Below, piece by piece: positions 26,545 to 38,536 of a stretch of DNA of 64,000 nt. The stretch covers positions 2,728,001-2,792,000 of the forward strand of contig NW_027117338.1 of the NCBI RefSeq assembly GCF_038025025.1, in the 5' to 3' direction. This stretch comes from Phyllosticta citribraziliensis. Taxonomy: Eukaryota. Made by a program: the position numbers and the translations under genes. Within the stretch, counting starts at the first letter, position 1, and every line of letters begins with the position of its first letter. The notes beneath the pieces were generated by a model. It was not told the origin of the DNA, made no database searches, and saw only the letters and a program-made list of their open reading frames with translations.

Positions 26545-27186
26545 ATAATATAGATCCTTTAAAGCCTACCTATTTAATATTAAACAGTCACCTACTAGTA
26601 CATATAGGTATAGTAGTCCTAAGGAAACTCCCCTATATACCTCCTACTATCTTATAGGGAGTATAGAGAATAAAGAAAATTACTTAGAGAAGATATCCCC
26701 TCCCTAAGTATTAAAAACCTATTTAAAAACCTAGAAACTATAAAGGCTACCTTAGCCTTTATTGAAAAGACTAATATAGCTAGTAAATAGTAGTATATTA
26801 AAAGAGAACCTACTATATAGTAGGGTTAAGGAGTTATAGGGATATATATATATATATATATATCTTTATATATCTTACTCCCCTACCTATAAAACCTAAC
26901 TATATCCTTTATAAACCTATACTCCTTCAGGTTTTACTTATTTCTACTTATATTACTAGTTTAGTAATTTCCCTACAAGGGCTAGGCCTAAAATATCTAA
27001 TTATAACTACTAAAAAAATAGCTAGGAAAGACCGGCAATATATATATATATACTCCTAATATAGTTATAACCTAATAGGATATATAATATATAAGCTATA
27101 TAGAAATACTAGGATAGCTATTATTATCTCTTATAGTCAGTCTTAGACTTAAGAGGGACGTTAAACTAAATAAATAAATAAATAAA
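26545..27186 (+). mobile_element. 3' end of a Tad1-like LINE (ORF2 C-terminal CCHC region, 3' UTR and (TAAA)n tail)
   Basis: De-RIP reading HGSFKAYLFNIKQSPTSTCRCG..KETP.HLLLSCREYRE...ATLAFIEKTNIAS resembles the C-terminus of fungal LINE ORF2. The element ends in (TAAA)5 at 27167-27186. Confidence 0.75.
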
Positions 27187-28315
27187 CAGTAGCTATTAAA
27201 TAATCACGCAACGAGATAGCCTTCTTAATATAATCTCCCATCTTTCATTCAGCATCAGAGGGATAAAACCTGGCCAGGTGTCGCGCACGTGAGCGAGACT
27301 GATGCGCTAAGTATTTGCAGGAGAGGATGTCATGTCACATAGAACATAAATCTGGGAACAAGTACCGTGGTGTCCCATACAGCCTCGAGGTGGGAAAAGC
27401 TTGTGATCGCGGCTCCCTTTCATCAAGAATACATGGTTCATGTTACCAAATTCTGTCCGCACCAAGGGCCGTTGCAGGCCCCAGCGATACTTGATCCAAT
27501 CAGTCCGAAGAGGACGGGGCGGCACGACCCGTTTCAACAGTCTTTTTGCACATGCGCAAGAGAGGGGAGATGGAGGCATAATTAGACGTTGATTTGTAGA
27601 TAGAAGAAAAACAGGACGACTTGCCACATGTGGCCAAGCAAGCGAGCAGACGGCGAAAAGAGAAGAACAGGCAGGTACGTCCAATAAGGACCTTCTGCGT
27701 AAAAAAAAGAACCAGTATCAAACCAAACCCCAACCTTTCGCAACCCTCAGAGAGAGACGCATGCGGCCCCAAACCCCATCCCCGTCCACTCCTCCCAGCA
27801 ATAACCACAAAAGAAAAAAGAGTCCAAAGGAAGGAAGCAGACGACAACGAAACAGAAGCAATGTTGAAGCAGGACGTAACGCAGAGCGACAACAAGGAAA
27901 TGTTTTGGGGGGAATATGACAAAGTTCGGAACCCAGCCTGCACCATGGGACGCGAGACCGGAGACTTTCAAAATGCTCCGCTGCCTCCCTCCCAATGGCA
28001 GATTGAAAAAATAAAACAAGAACATAGGAAAAAGCAATAAGTACCGTGTAGAGCCAATATCTGTCCGCGTCCTCCTGCAACGAATAATGTACTCATGTCT
28101 GCAACAAGACCATTGACCTGCTGTGCTAAATTTCGGGCTTGAAATGTACAGACCCGCCTCTGGGGAAGGTCGGAACAGTGATCTGTGATCTGCACTCGAC
28201 TTCCTAGGAGCCCATTGTTATGGAGGCCCTCGGTTGGTCCCTAGGGTTACGGCGATGGAACACCTCAAACCCATTTCCGGGGTCTAGAATATGATACTGG
28301 ACTCGTCCAGTTGTT

Positions 28316-30861
28316 TCAGAGCCCGCCGTCATTGTCGCCGTCGCCTCCGAGAAAGTTGGTTTCGAAAAAGGGGCCACTGTCATCATTGCTGTGAAGGAAG
28401 TTGTCAAAGTCGAAGCTTTCCAAGACATCAGCGTTGTCGAGGGCAGCGAAATCCAAATTCATCTGCATGTTGTTAGACTTCGATGCTGATCAAGATAGGC
28501 TTTAGACTCACATCGCCGGTGTTTCCGAGTTCTCCAAAGGGACCAGATGCATTGAGATCGACTGGCTGGGCCATGGGTTGCGATGGGTTTGAAGGCGCTG
28601 CTGGCTGCTGCTGCGGAGGTTGGTTGGGGGGTTGTTGTGCTGCTACAGGCTTGTTACTAAACGACTTTGAATGTCTTGGCGTTATTGGCGTACTGGGCGT
28701 TGGAGTTGGCGGTTCTGCTTCCGACGCTGGCGTAGCACCTGTTGTAGACCCCTTCTTGGCGGGCTGTGCTTTTTGCGGAGCCTGTAGGGTTTTAGTACGT
28801 AGCAAACCCGAGTTTGCGGCCTCCCACTTACGGGTTTCTTCTCATCTGCCTTCTTGGCCTTCTTCGGATTAGGTTTGTTGGCCTGGGAGGGGGTCGGAGG
28901 GGCATTCGACTGAGTTGCAGGAGAGGATGGTTGGGTGCGGCCGTTCTCAGCGCCTTGTGCTGGGGCAGGCGGAGGTGGCATCTGTTGACTTCGCTGCTGA
29001 GGCGTGCCCATTGGCGGAGGCTGATGTTGGTTGGGCTGAGGGCCTGCTCCAGGCTGGGGTTGCTGCTGTTGTCCAGGCTGTCCAGGCTGCTGAGCCTGCT
29101 GCATCATTTGCGGTGGTCCCTGCCACATCCCACCAGGCATGCGGCCACCGCTGCGCTGGAATATTTCCATTTGTTGCGGTGTCATCTGTTGGCCTGGAGC
29201 GAAACCGGGGTGTGAGCTCGGAGGTCTCATCATGCCGTTTGCCCCCATCTGTTGCGGGTAAAATTGCGGTGGCATTCCCGGCGGCATCTGTCCCTGCTCG
29301 AATCCATTCGGCATGGGAGAACTCCGATTCTGCGGCATTGTCCCATCGGGCATAGGAGAGCCAGGCAGACCGGCCTGTCCCAACTTGGGGGTCCCGCGCT
29401 TCATTTGTTCATTGGGGTTTGGCGAGGGACCGGCTCTGCTACCCTGAGGCGACATGGCCGGCGGAAAGCCAGGCTGGCCGACAGGGCCTTGGCCAGGATG
29501 CTGGGTGATGTTGTCCTGCTCCTGACGCGCCATCAAGAGCCTCTTCTTGTTTTGTTGTTCCAGGAGCATCAGCTGCATTTGGTAGTCCTGGAGCGCATGG
29601 TTGCCGCCAGCCTGCTGGCCCGGCGCAACCTGCTGAACGCGAGCTTGAGCACCTTGGAAGAAATCCTGATTATCTGCGCTTTGTTGACCCATTGGCGAGT
29701 TTTGCATGCCGGCGTTATTCATGTCCTTTGCCAATTGAGTGTCATTAAGCGCTGCTTTATATTGCAAAGCGAGATTTTGAGAATATACCTGAAGATTCTT
29801 CGCCTGCACATTCGGGGTCTGGTTCTGGAAAGCACTGAACTGCTGAGCTGTCATGTTATTGGGGTCCATTCCGTTCGCGATGAGCATTTGATTGGTCTGC
29901 GCGGCCGTGGCAGCTGTTGCTCCCATCTGCTGCGGCTGCATGCCCTGAGTCCTTGCGCCGGGAGCCATGGGCTGATTGTTGATGCCATTGTCGAGGCGCG
30001 GCCGTTTGTTGGGCGACGGCGCATTTTCCGCGGAGCCGGGGGACTGAGGACGGTTGTTCATGTCCATCTGCGAGCCATCTCTCTGCATTTGCTGGTTCTG
30101 CATCATCTGTTGCTGCTGATTCTTCATCTGTTGGAATTGCTGCGCGCTCCTGGCCAACAGTCAGTATCTGAATTGCAGCCACGCGCGATCAAACGTACAT
30201 TGGGCCCCTGCCGTGCATTGCTCGTTTCTGCATTTCCGCAAAATTGGCAGGCATGCCTATCATGCCCTGGTAGGGTCGAGCGTTGTTGGTCATTAAAATG
30301 CGCTGCTGGCTCTCTTGTCGCAGCTGCGCTTGTTGCTGCAATTGAGTTAGTTTTGATTCGTTTTTTGAATGACGAGCGAGAGAATACTCTTTGGTGCTGG
30401 AGATATTGGAACGAGGTCTTGGTCCCCGGCTGCCTCTGACGTTGAGCGTTGAAAATATCCCAAAATTGACTCCACCAGTCAAAAAGGAACGAATTCTCGG
30501 TCGCGTCGCTGGGCACCGCAGCCTGGGGCAAATCGTCCGGGCACTTGTGAAGGTCGTCTTTGCTGTCGGTATCCATGGCATCGTCGACTCCGTTGACATC
30601 GCGCCGGCCAGGGCTTGGTTTGGGGCCAGTCACGGGTTTAGTGTTGGGGTGAAGCTCGTTTTTGACCTGGCGAGCCAGATCCCAATGGTGGTTCTTTAGG
30701 AAATAGTCGTAAATGTACGTGTTCAACAGCGTCTGCGGGTCGCTGGGGCCGCGCGCCCCGCCGTTATTTGCGAGCGGAGTGCCACCATTGTTCATGAGCG
30801 GAGTGCCGCCCACGGGCCCTCCTTGGCTATTCATGGTGACCATGTTTGGTGGTTGGTTCAT
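28316..30861 (-). CDS. SOM1: Som1/SomA (Flo8-like) LisH/LUFS-domain transcriptional regulator of the cAMP-PKA pathway
   Basis: LisH motif LLNTYIYDYFLK, FLFDWWSQFWDIF and LQDYQMQLMLLEQQNKKRLLMARQEQD; Q/P/M-rich. Exons 30861-30388, 30335-30199, 30149-28832, 28781-28512 and 28462-28316, with GT-AG introns. Confidence 0.9.
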
Positions 30862-31861
30862 CGTGGGCGTCGTCAGTCGTTGAGGCGGTCAGAGGCGATG
30901 CGATGCGGTAAGAGTGAGTCGCGTCGAGGAGCGTCAGCGGTTTCGCAGGGAAGGGGAAACGCCGGGCAAAGCAGTGAAGAAAGCCGCCTCAGAGGTCGAG
31001 GATGCAGGGCTTCGGCATGAGAGAGCGGCCGGGTCTGATGGAGGCGGAAAGGGCAGCAGAGTTGGGTGGTGGAGGGCGTCGTCGGCAGAGGCGAGGTCGC
31101 GCGCAGCGCTGGCAGAGCTTCGGGTCGACGCCGACGGCCGAGGACTGCGACAGAAGTAGAGCGACTCGAGCAGGTTGGTGGACCAGGGCGGGTGGTGGCA
31201 GCCGTGCGTGTGCGGCTCTGGGTGTGCAGTGCAGCTCAAGGCAGTTGGGCGATCACGGCGGCGGCGGCGGCGGCGGCGCGGCGGCGGTGATGATGGACAG
31301 GGCGGGAGGGTCGCTGTGGTGGTGGTGTTCCAGGATGTGGTCGAGGTATCGGGCGATTTGCGCGCAATCTAATGGCTGTGGGTAGCGAAAGGCGCAACGG
31401 CAGCAGACGGGCGGCGGCAAAGCACAGGAGAAGGAGGAGGAGAAGTGGAAGAAGAGTAGCAAGTCGAAGGTATCAAACAGGTCGCAACTTTGGAAAGCTT
31501 AGGTAGGTCGCGGACGGCGGAGGAGCAAAGCAAATGGATGCTCCGGGGGCGCGCGACCTCAGATTGGATGCTCATCACGTGCCCGCCTGTGAAGGTCGCC
31601 CGCGGGCGGTCCCCAGGGCAGGCCACCGGCCATCCCCAACCCCCCCCTTCTCTGTCCGTTCCAATTCACCGCGACCGCCTCTCCCTCTTCTCGCCCGTCC
31701 GAGCACGCTGCGTTTGCTGTTGATTCATGTGCAATTCAAGCTCATCACGTGACTATCTCTCTGCCCCGTACCGTACCGTAGGTAGTTGCGCCTCCACCGG
31801 CTGCCCAGGACTCCCCTGTTCAAGGCCATCAGGGTCCCATGCGACCCATATCACCCCCAGC

Positions 31862-32831
31862 TTACTCGTCGTCCGGCGGCAGCTCGTCCTCGATGAACCG
31901 CACCAGCGTGATTCGCATCTCAGTCGAGTCGTTTCCTCGCAGCACGTCACTGACGAAATGCGCCTCGACTTGCATCCCGACCTAGACTTGCGCTTAGCTA
32001 CGTCATTGTGAGCTTAATTGTCCACTCACCATTTCCAATGCGCCGCGCAACACGCCGCAGAGGATGTTTGAGTACCACAGCTCGTCCTGTGCCCGCCCAT
32101 CGTCGGGCAATTCGACAAAGTCTGCCAGTGGATTCTCATCCAACACGAGCGAGAACTGCTTGTTGTCGCTGGTCCAGTTCGCGACGGTAGGTGTAATGTT
32201 GAGGAAGATTTTGAAGCCAACCTGGAAGCACGTTAGCCGGGCCTGTGACTAGCAAAGGCAAACTTGTCATAAGCTTGGCGCCGTCCATGAGAGTGTTCCT
32301 TTGATGGTGACCAAGCCAGAATCACGAGCGGCCCGTCGTCCCCATGGCTTCGGCCACAAGCGTGCCATAGCAAAGCGAATTCCCCCAGCCCAGGATATCA
32401 ATCCCAGGACAGCGATGCGAAGAAAAGAGACCAAGGGGGCTGAATCGAAATGTAGATGCCTACCTTGGATATCATTTCTGCAACCTCTCGAAAGTTTGAG
32501 CACGACGTCGTGTTCGACTTTGCGAGAAAATCTTCCACCAAACGCAGCCCAATGTTGTAGCCCATCTTGTCCAGTTGTCTGTTTACTTCGACGTAATCGC
32601 TGTCAAAGTCCTTGCATAGCTGCGCGACGATGGTGCCATAGGTGAGGGTGACGAGCTCGGCGTTGACCTTGTCCACGCGGGTTCTTTTATCGACAATTAG
32701 AGTCGCTGATGCATCCTATGTGCAGCAGACTTACTTACTTCCAGACCCTGTAGAGGTTAGCTTGGTAGGTTTCCGTCAACGGGCCAAGAAGCTCACTCTT
32801 CGCCCAAACGGGCGGCCTTGGTGGATGCCAT
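31862..32831 (-). CDS. BET3: TRAPP complex subunit Bet3
   Basis: [38 protein letters not shown]...[16 protein letters not shown]...[11 protein letters not shown]...[11 protein letters not shown]...[17 protein letters not shown]...EDELPPDDE*; multi-exon. Confidence 0.95.
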
Positions 32832-33135
32832 GGGGCGCGCGTGGACGCGCAAGTTGCGCCTGCTCGATGGTCGCGGAGGAAACGAGTGCGCGAGGCTCAG
32901 CGCATCAAGGTTTGGCAGCCGTCAGAAGGTCCTTTTGTCGTTTGGTGGGTTGAGAGAGGAGGTGTCGTTGAATTTGGCTGAGGAGCAGCCGGGGGGGCGC
33001 TTGGAGCTGCCGTGCTGCCCTGGCTCGACTGCGTGTCGTCAGAGTCGGTCGATCCCGAAACTTTCGCCGTGCCCGTAACCAGCCAACAACACCAAATACC
33101 TCGACCCTCACCCTTGCCCCCTCATCCTCGCCACC

Positions 33136-34478
33136 ATGTCATCCGAAAAACGCCCTGCTGCCGATTCGTTTGGCTCGAACCAGCTCGTCAAGAGGCAGCG
33201 CTCCGACGCGGAATTGGGCGACCAAGTTGCTCTCGCCAATGGCACTGCGCAGAATGGCGCTCTCATACAAGCAGTACGCACTCGTACAATCCACGACATT
33301 GCGCGTAGCTGATCTGGGGCCTAGGTGTCGCGCACAAGCGGGCTGCAAGCTCCCATCATGGAGCTAACTGGTAAGTAGCTGACGACACCGACCACACACG
33401 CACTTCTCACGCGTTGTTTTGCGCAGGACACTCGGGGGAAGTATTTGCGGCCAGATTCGATCCTACTGGCCAGCATATTGCATCGGGATCCATGGACCGC
33501 AACATCTGTGAGTGCATCGCCTTGCCTTCAATTTGCTTGCTAACGACACAAACAAGTGCTGTGGCGGACCTACGGTCAGTGCGAAAACTATGGGATTCTG
33601 AGTGGACACAAAGGCGCTGTGCTCGACCTGCACTGGTCTCGCGACTCGCACGTGCTCTACTCCGCTTCGGCGGACATGATGCTGGCAAGCTGGGACCTCG
33701 AAACTGGCCAGAGGATACGGAGGCACGTTGGGCACGAGGAAGTAATCAACTGCATGGACGTCAGCAAGCGCGGTGAAGAGATGCTCGTCAGTGGATCTGA
33801 TGATGGAACCATTGGGGTAGGCAAACTCGATCGCTTACAGCGTACCGTGCGTGCAGAAGCTGACGGAAGAAACAGATTTGGGACCCGCGGCAAAAGGCAG
33901 CCGTCGATTACATTGAGACCGAGTTTCCCGTCACAGCCATGGCGATCGCAGAGGCTGGCAACGAACTGTACACTGGTGGCATAGACAACGACATTAAGGT
34001 GTGGGACATGCGCAAGAAAGCTGTCGCCTACTCGTTAATGGGGCACACCGATACCATCACTTCATTGCAAGTTTCCCCAGATTCCCAGACGTTACTGTCC
34101 AACTCGCATGATTCGACCGTCCGAACGTGGGACATCCGACCATTCGCCCCCACCGAACGACATGTCAAGACCTATGATGGTGCGCCGACTGGGATGGAGA
34201 AGAACTTGCTCAAGGCCAGCTGGGATCCCAAGGGCCAAAAGATTGTGGCAGGATCAGGGGACCGTAGCGTTGTGGTCTGGGACGCAAATAGCGGCAAGAT
34301 TCTGTTCAAACTCCCAGGACACAAGGGCGCTGTGAACGACGCCCGGTTTTCGCCTTGTGAGGAACCGATTCGTAAGTGGCCTAGCGAATGGATGTTGCTT
34401 GATATACTATGCTGACCGCTCACAGTACTGTCTGCCTCATCCGACGGGACGCTGTTGCTTGGGGAGCTGGGCAAATGA
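33136..34478 (+). CDS. SNRNP40: WD40 protein, U5 snRNP 40-kDa subunit (SNRNP40/Spf38/Cwf17) homolog
   Basis: LQAPIMELTGHSGEVFAARFDP...LWRTYGQCENYGILSGHKGAV...WDIRPFAP...EKNLLKASW...KLPGHKGAVN...DGTLLLGELGK*; several short introns. Confidence 0.9.
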
Positions 34479-35447
34479 ATGCGAAGACTGCTGTTGGCTG
34501 GCCGAAGACGGCGTGAGGCTCCAAGTGCGACAGCATTGAAAACCGTTTTTGCCACAGGATTACATCGTCATTCAATGCGCACGCGCTTGGTTCCCACTCA
34601 TCCGCTTGAAAGAAAAGCGCCTGCCGTGCGCAAGACGACGGCTGGAGGACATTGGTGCGAGGCAGCGCGAGACGTGGAGGACGAGAGATACGTGATGAAA
34701 TAGAAATGTAAGTATCGCTGATTGTCCAGTCCCGCGGCGCTCAAAAAAGCCCATTAGCAGGGCTGCAGCGGTCCAGTGTCGCTTGGGTTTCAAGAGGCGT
34801 CAGCCGTTCGCGATTGGTCTTCCATGCATACGCCCACACTTTGCCAACGCGACAAGACGGGCGCGTCAATTCGTTGGCCTGCGTTGGCCGCGTCAAGTCT
34901 CGCAAGCTGCTCATTTTCGCAGCAAATGTGGAACCTCTTACTCTTTTGCTTCTGTCTTTCGATTTTCCTTTGTCTTGTACCAGTCCGTCACAGTCTTCCC
35001 TCCTGCTTGAAACCCCCGCGCTGCCCTGCGTCGCTACAAAGCTCCCCGGACCCATGGATTCGGGCAAAAGCTAGATGCCGATTGTCATTCGTTGGCGTGT
35101 ATGCCGCTAACTTGAACTCGGAAGACCCTGAGTCGTTGTCACCACGCTGTGTGCTCAACAACTAGCCCCCACACTTTGGAGGTCGCCTGGTGACCTATCA
35201 GGCTCGCCCGCGGCGTTAAACCTGCTGGGACGGCTGCTATTGTGCATCAACGAGGAAACCTATACACGTGGCGAGGCCAATCGCGTACTGCGGACGTTAT
35301 ATGCTAGAAAAAGAACCACTCCCCAATGGGCGAGAAAACATTCTTTCAATCTTCCCTTCCATAATTGTCCTCTTTCACTCTGACCAGCAGGCCAATCTCG
35401 ACACGACAAATCGATCCGCCAACAATCAATGAGCGCACGCGGTCACA

Positions 35448-37265
35448 ATGCCTCCAACGCCGCCTTTGCCAGAGGATGTATCTGCGACGTCCACCATGAT
35501 ACAACAGAGAGTACGGTCAATCCTCGAGGATGGCGACTCGGAGTCCATATACGCTCTACCACTGCCAACCTCGTCTCAAAATCGTTCCACACATGCAAGT
35601 TCCAGACTGCCGTTCAGATGGAATCCCTTTCGGCGGACCAGACGAACATCAAATTCGAAGACGAGCGCGAAGAACGATTCTGTTCCCCGCTCATCTGCCG
35701 ATTCCAGCGGTTCCGCATGGCCGATTGTTCCCCACCGGCCGGGAGCGCTGCAGCAGCGGGACGGGAATACTCCACGTACTCCGCCAACGGCTCGAGTTGG
35801 CCGACGAGTGTCGATTGAGCATGTGGATCTTGAGGCGGCGCCGATCCCGATCGAGACTCAGAAAGAGTCAAGACAACGTCCAAGGAAGACGCACAAGCAG
35901 AGGCGACGCAAGAACAAGCGCTGTTGTGGCATGCGAGTCTCGCCCAGGCGGCAAAAAGTGGCTCTGATTATGTGCAGCGGAATATTCCTTGTCGCTGTGG
36001 CCTCGCTCTGTGCGTAGCAGTCCAATCTGTGTTTGCTGTTCTGGTTCTGACAGCGAATAGACCTCTCGATTGGCCTCACCCGCCCTGTTCCTCGAGAACT
36101 CCATATACTGTTCATCCTGTTGATTATGGCTGCCACCATGGTGTTTAGCCATAGCTCAATTCGCCTTTTCATGCTTACCCGGCCTCTCCACTCGTCATCC
36201 TCCCGCCGCCACAACCGCCACATCCCTGACCCTGTCGGCCCGCCTTCTTTTAATCCAAGCACGCCTATACGGGTTCATCTCGCACGCGACGAATATCTCG
36301 CCGCAGGTTCCTCTACAGCTGCCGCCCCAGGAGTGTCCGCTAGGTCTTCCGCAGAACTGACATTTTCTACGCCACAGGCGCGCCAGACATACAGCGCGCC
36401 CGCAACACCGCGCCCCTCTGTCAGCCCTGCGCTGAGCATCCCTCCCCCCAACTTTTCTCGCCCCTATCCCCGCCCTCCCCCTCCCAGCTACGGTGTCTGG
36501 CGCACGAGCGTCCCATTGGATCCAAATCTCTTGCACTGGCAACGTGTGTCTACTACTCCTCCACCTTTGCCAAACTCGCTCGCCGTCTCCCTCCCCGTGT
36601 CGTTGTCGCCACCTCAAATCGGACCAATGTCGCACGAGCAAGGGCACGTGAAGCAGCAGTCTCAGCAGCAACAAGAGCAAAGGCGTCAGCTTTGGGAAGT
36701 CGAAAGTGGCAGGGCAAGAGGCTTTGGCCGCACCAGCGTAAACAGCAGCAGGACGGCGTCGCGATCGCCTAGTGACTGGCAGCGGCAGCAACAACAAGCC
36801 GAACCAAGCCGCCCTCCCAGCTACATTTCGGGAGATGGCATGGCCGATGATTTCAACCTCTCGCCGCCTCCACGTCCGTGGCCGGGCTTCCAATCAAACC
36901 ACGTCTCTCCACTTCCTGGGTTTCGTTCTTACTACAGCTCCCCCTCCCCGCGGTCCTTCCCTACTTTCCCAGTTCCCCACCAACAGCAACTGCCGCCGTT
37001 CGTCCACCAGCCGCCATTCCACCAATATCAGCACCCTCCGCTACAGCTCCAGCGCTCTGCCAGCGTCGGCACTGGACTAGGCATGCGCAACAACATGTAC
37101 GTGCACCCCGCGGAGCGTAAGCGGTACGGTGGTACAGGCCGCGTGGGCGATGCTGGCCGCTACCCGCTGTTTTCAGAAAGAGAAAACAGTCCTGGGGAGT
37201 GGATCGCGCAGCGTATGCGCATCAGCGGGCTCAAGCCGGAGGATGTGCATCCGGCATATCGGTAG
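35448..37265 (+). CDS. Hypothetical membrane protein with two hydrophobic segments and a Pro/Ser/Gln-rich tail
   Basis: ORFs 35448-36017 and 36120-37265 are joined by intron 36010-36060 (GTGCGT...CTGAC...TAG). Contains PPPPSYGVWRTSV and SRPPSY motifs. Confidence 0.75.
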
Positions 37266-38536
37266 GGAGGGGATTGGGTCGTGACGGAGCGGGTTGCGAA
37301 GGTGTTCCCCTTTAGTTTTTGATGTCGGTGCTGCTGTTTCGCGACGAGCTTGGTCTTCTCATCCGATTGACGGCGTGGACCAGCAGGGCGCGGCACGCGA
37401 GGCTGAGATGATTTGCTACAAGGCGCTCGGAGTTGGATATACCAAGCAGTGTGTTTTTTGCGGCCGCTTCCAAAACGAATTTGGTTGCTACTGAGACTGG
37501 CGCTCAGTTTTTGATCTGTCTGCTTTGGGCACGCAGTCTCTCTCTTCATCACTCTTCTTCCCTTCTCTATGGATGTCGTCCCTCTCTCTCTCTGTTTACT
37601 TTTCGAGCCTCTATCTTTCATTTTCCATTGCGTGCGTGGCGCCTAGACAGACGAGAAGAGGGAGCGGCGGAGATTCACGCGGTGGGTTCGACCAAAAAGG
37701 TACTCACGCAACGACTAGCTGCAGCAAGCTGGGGAGCCGGCGCAATATACTGGCAAGCGATGCAGAACTCATTTATTGGTCGTCTTATTTCCTTGGGTTG
37801 TAAACCAGATGGTGAAGCCTTCCGGTTGTGGCTAAGGCGACTCGAATGCGATGAGCCAGAAGGGGGGGTTCTAGCTGGACCATGGGTTCTGGCGAGGGAG
37901 AAGAAGACTGGATGTGTTGAATTTTGGTCGCCGGAGAGAAGACCAGTATCTGACGGGTGGGCGGACGCTTGCAAACAATCTCAGTATACCGGAGCCTAAA
38001 GCAACCCTGAAGCTTGATTTGACGTACATGCTTGAAGGCTTCCCATATGCATCTTGGTGATGGCCATATATGCTCCCCGACTGCTCTTCTCCGTTTCTGC
38101 CGTATGCTTCAACTCGCTCCTAGCAATGGGCTCCATGCAGTTGGGGTTTCCTGGTGGTCCTGATGTTTAGTTGGAGTTCACGCATTTGCATGCCCACAAT
38201 GTCCCGTCTCCCTCACACTCCATTTTTACCACATTTCTCGAATCAACCATTATGTTCTCCGATCGATATCTATGTACCAAGCCCGAAATTCGCAATTTCG
38301 CTCCTGTGCGCCAATCCCAATACCAATGCCAATGCCATCGCCATTGCCGCACTAATGCCAATAGTCCGTCTATCATCTCAATCTAGATATGTCGTCAACG
38401 TTGCGCGTCGTCATGTTCGTTCCAAGTGCCCCGTCCAACTCTGTCTCGTTCACCGGGAGGCAAAATCCAAGATAGTCCACCAGTTGCACTCGTTTTATGC
38501 TCCGCTCCCTTTTTCACTCCCGGAGTAGGGTTTAAC

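Larger units (their letters stand above)
1..27186. other. AT-rich RIP-mutated repeat compartment
   Basis: Very AT-rich, with TpA excess and CpA/TpG depletion. The ORF track is empty here. Fossil frames are broken almost only by TAA/TAG, the expected RIP products of CAA/CAG/TGG. Confidence 0.95.

Noticed and set aside
24895..27186. A single LINE with a twin-priming 5' inversion
   Set aside because: It would need a multi-kb deletion at the inversion point, the minus-strand piece has its own 3'-end-like motif, and no shared TSD was found.
27307..28195. Several 70-150-aa ORFs
   Set aside because: They lie in the A-rich region downstream of the SOM1 stop (probable 3' UTR) and show no protein-like features.
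29252..30439. 395-aa plus-strand ORF
   Set aside because: Antisense shadow of the Gln/Met-rich SOM1 exons.
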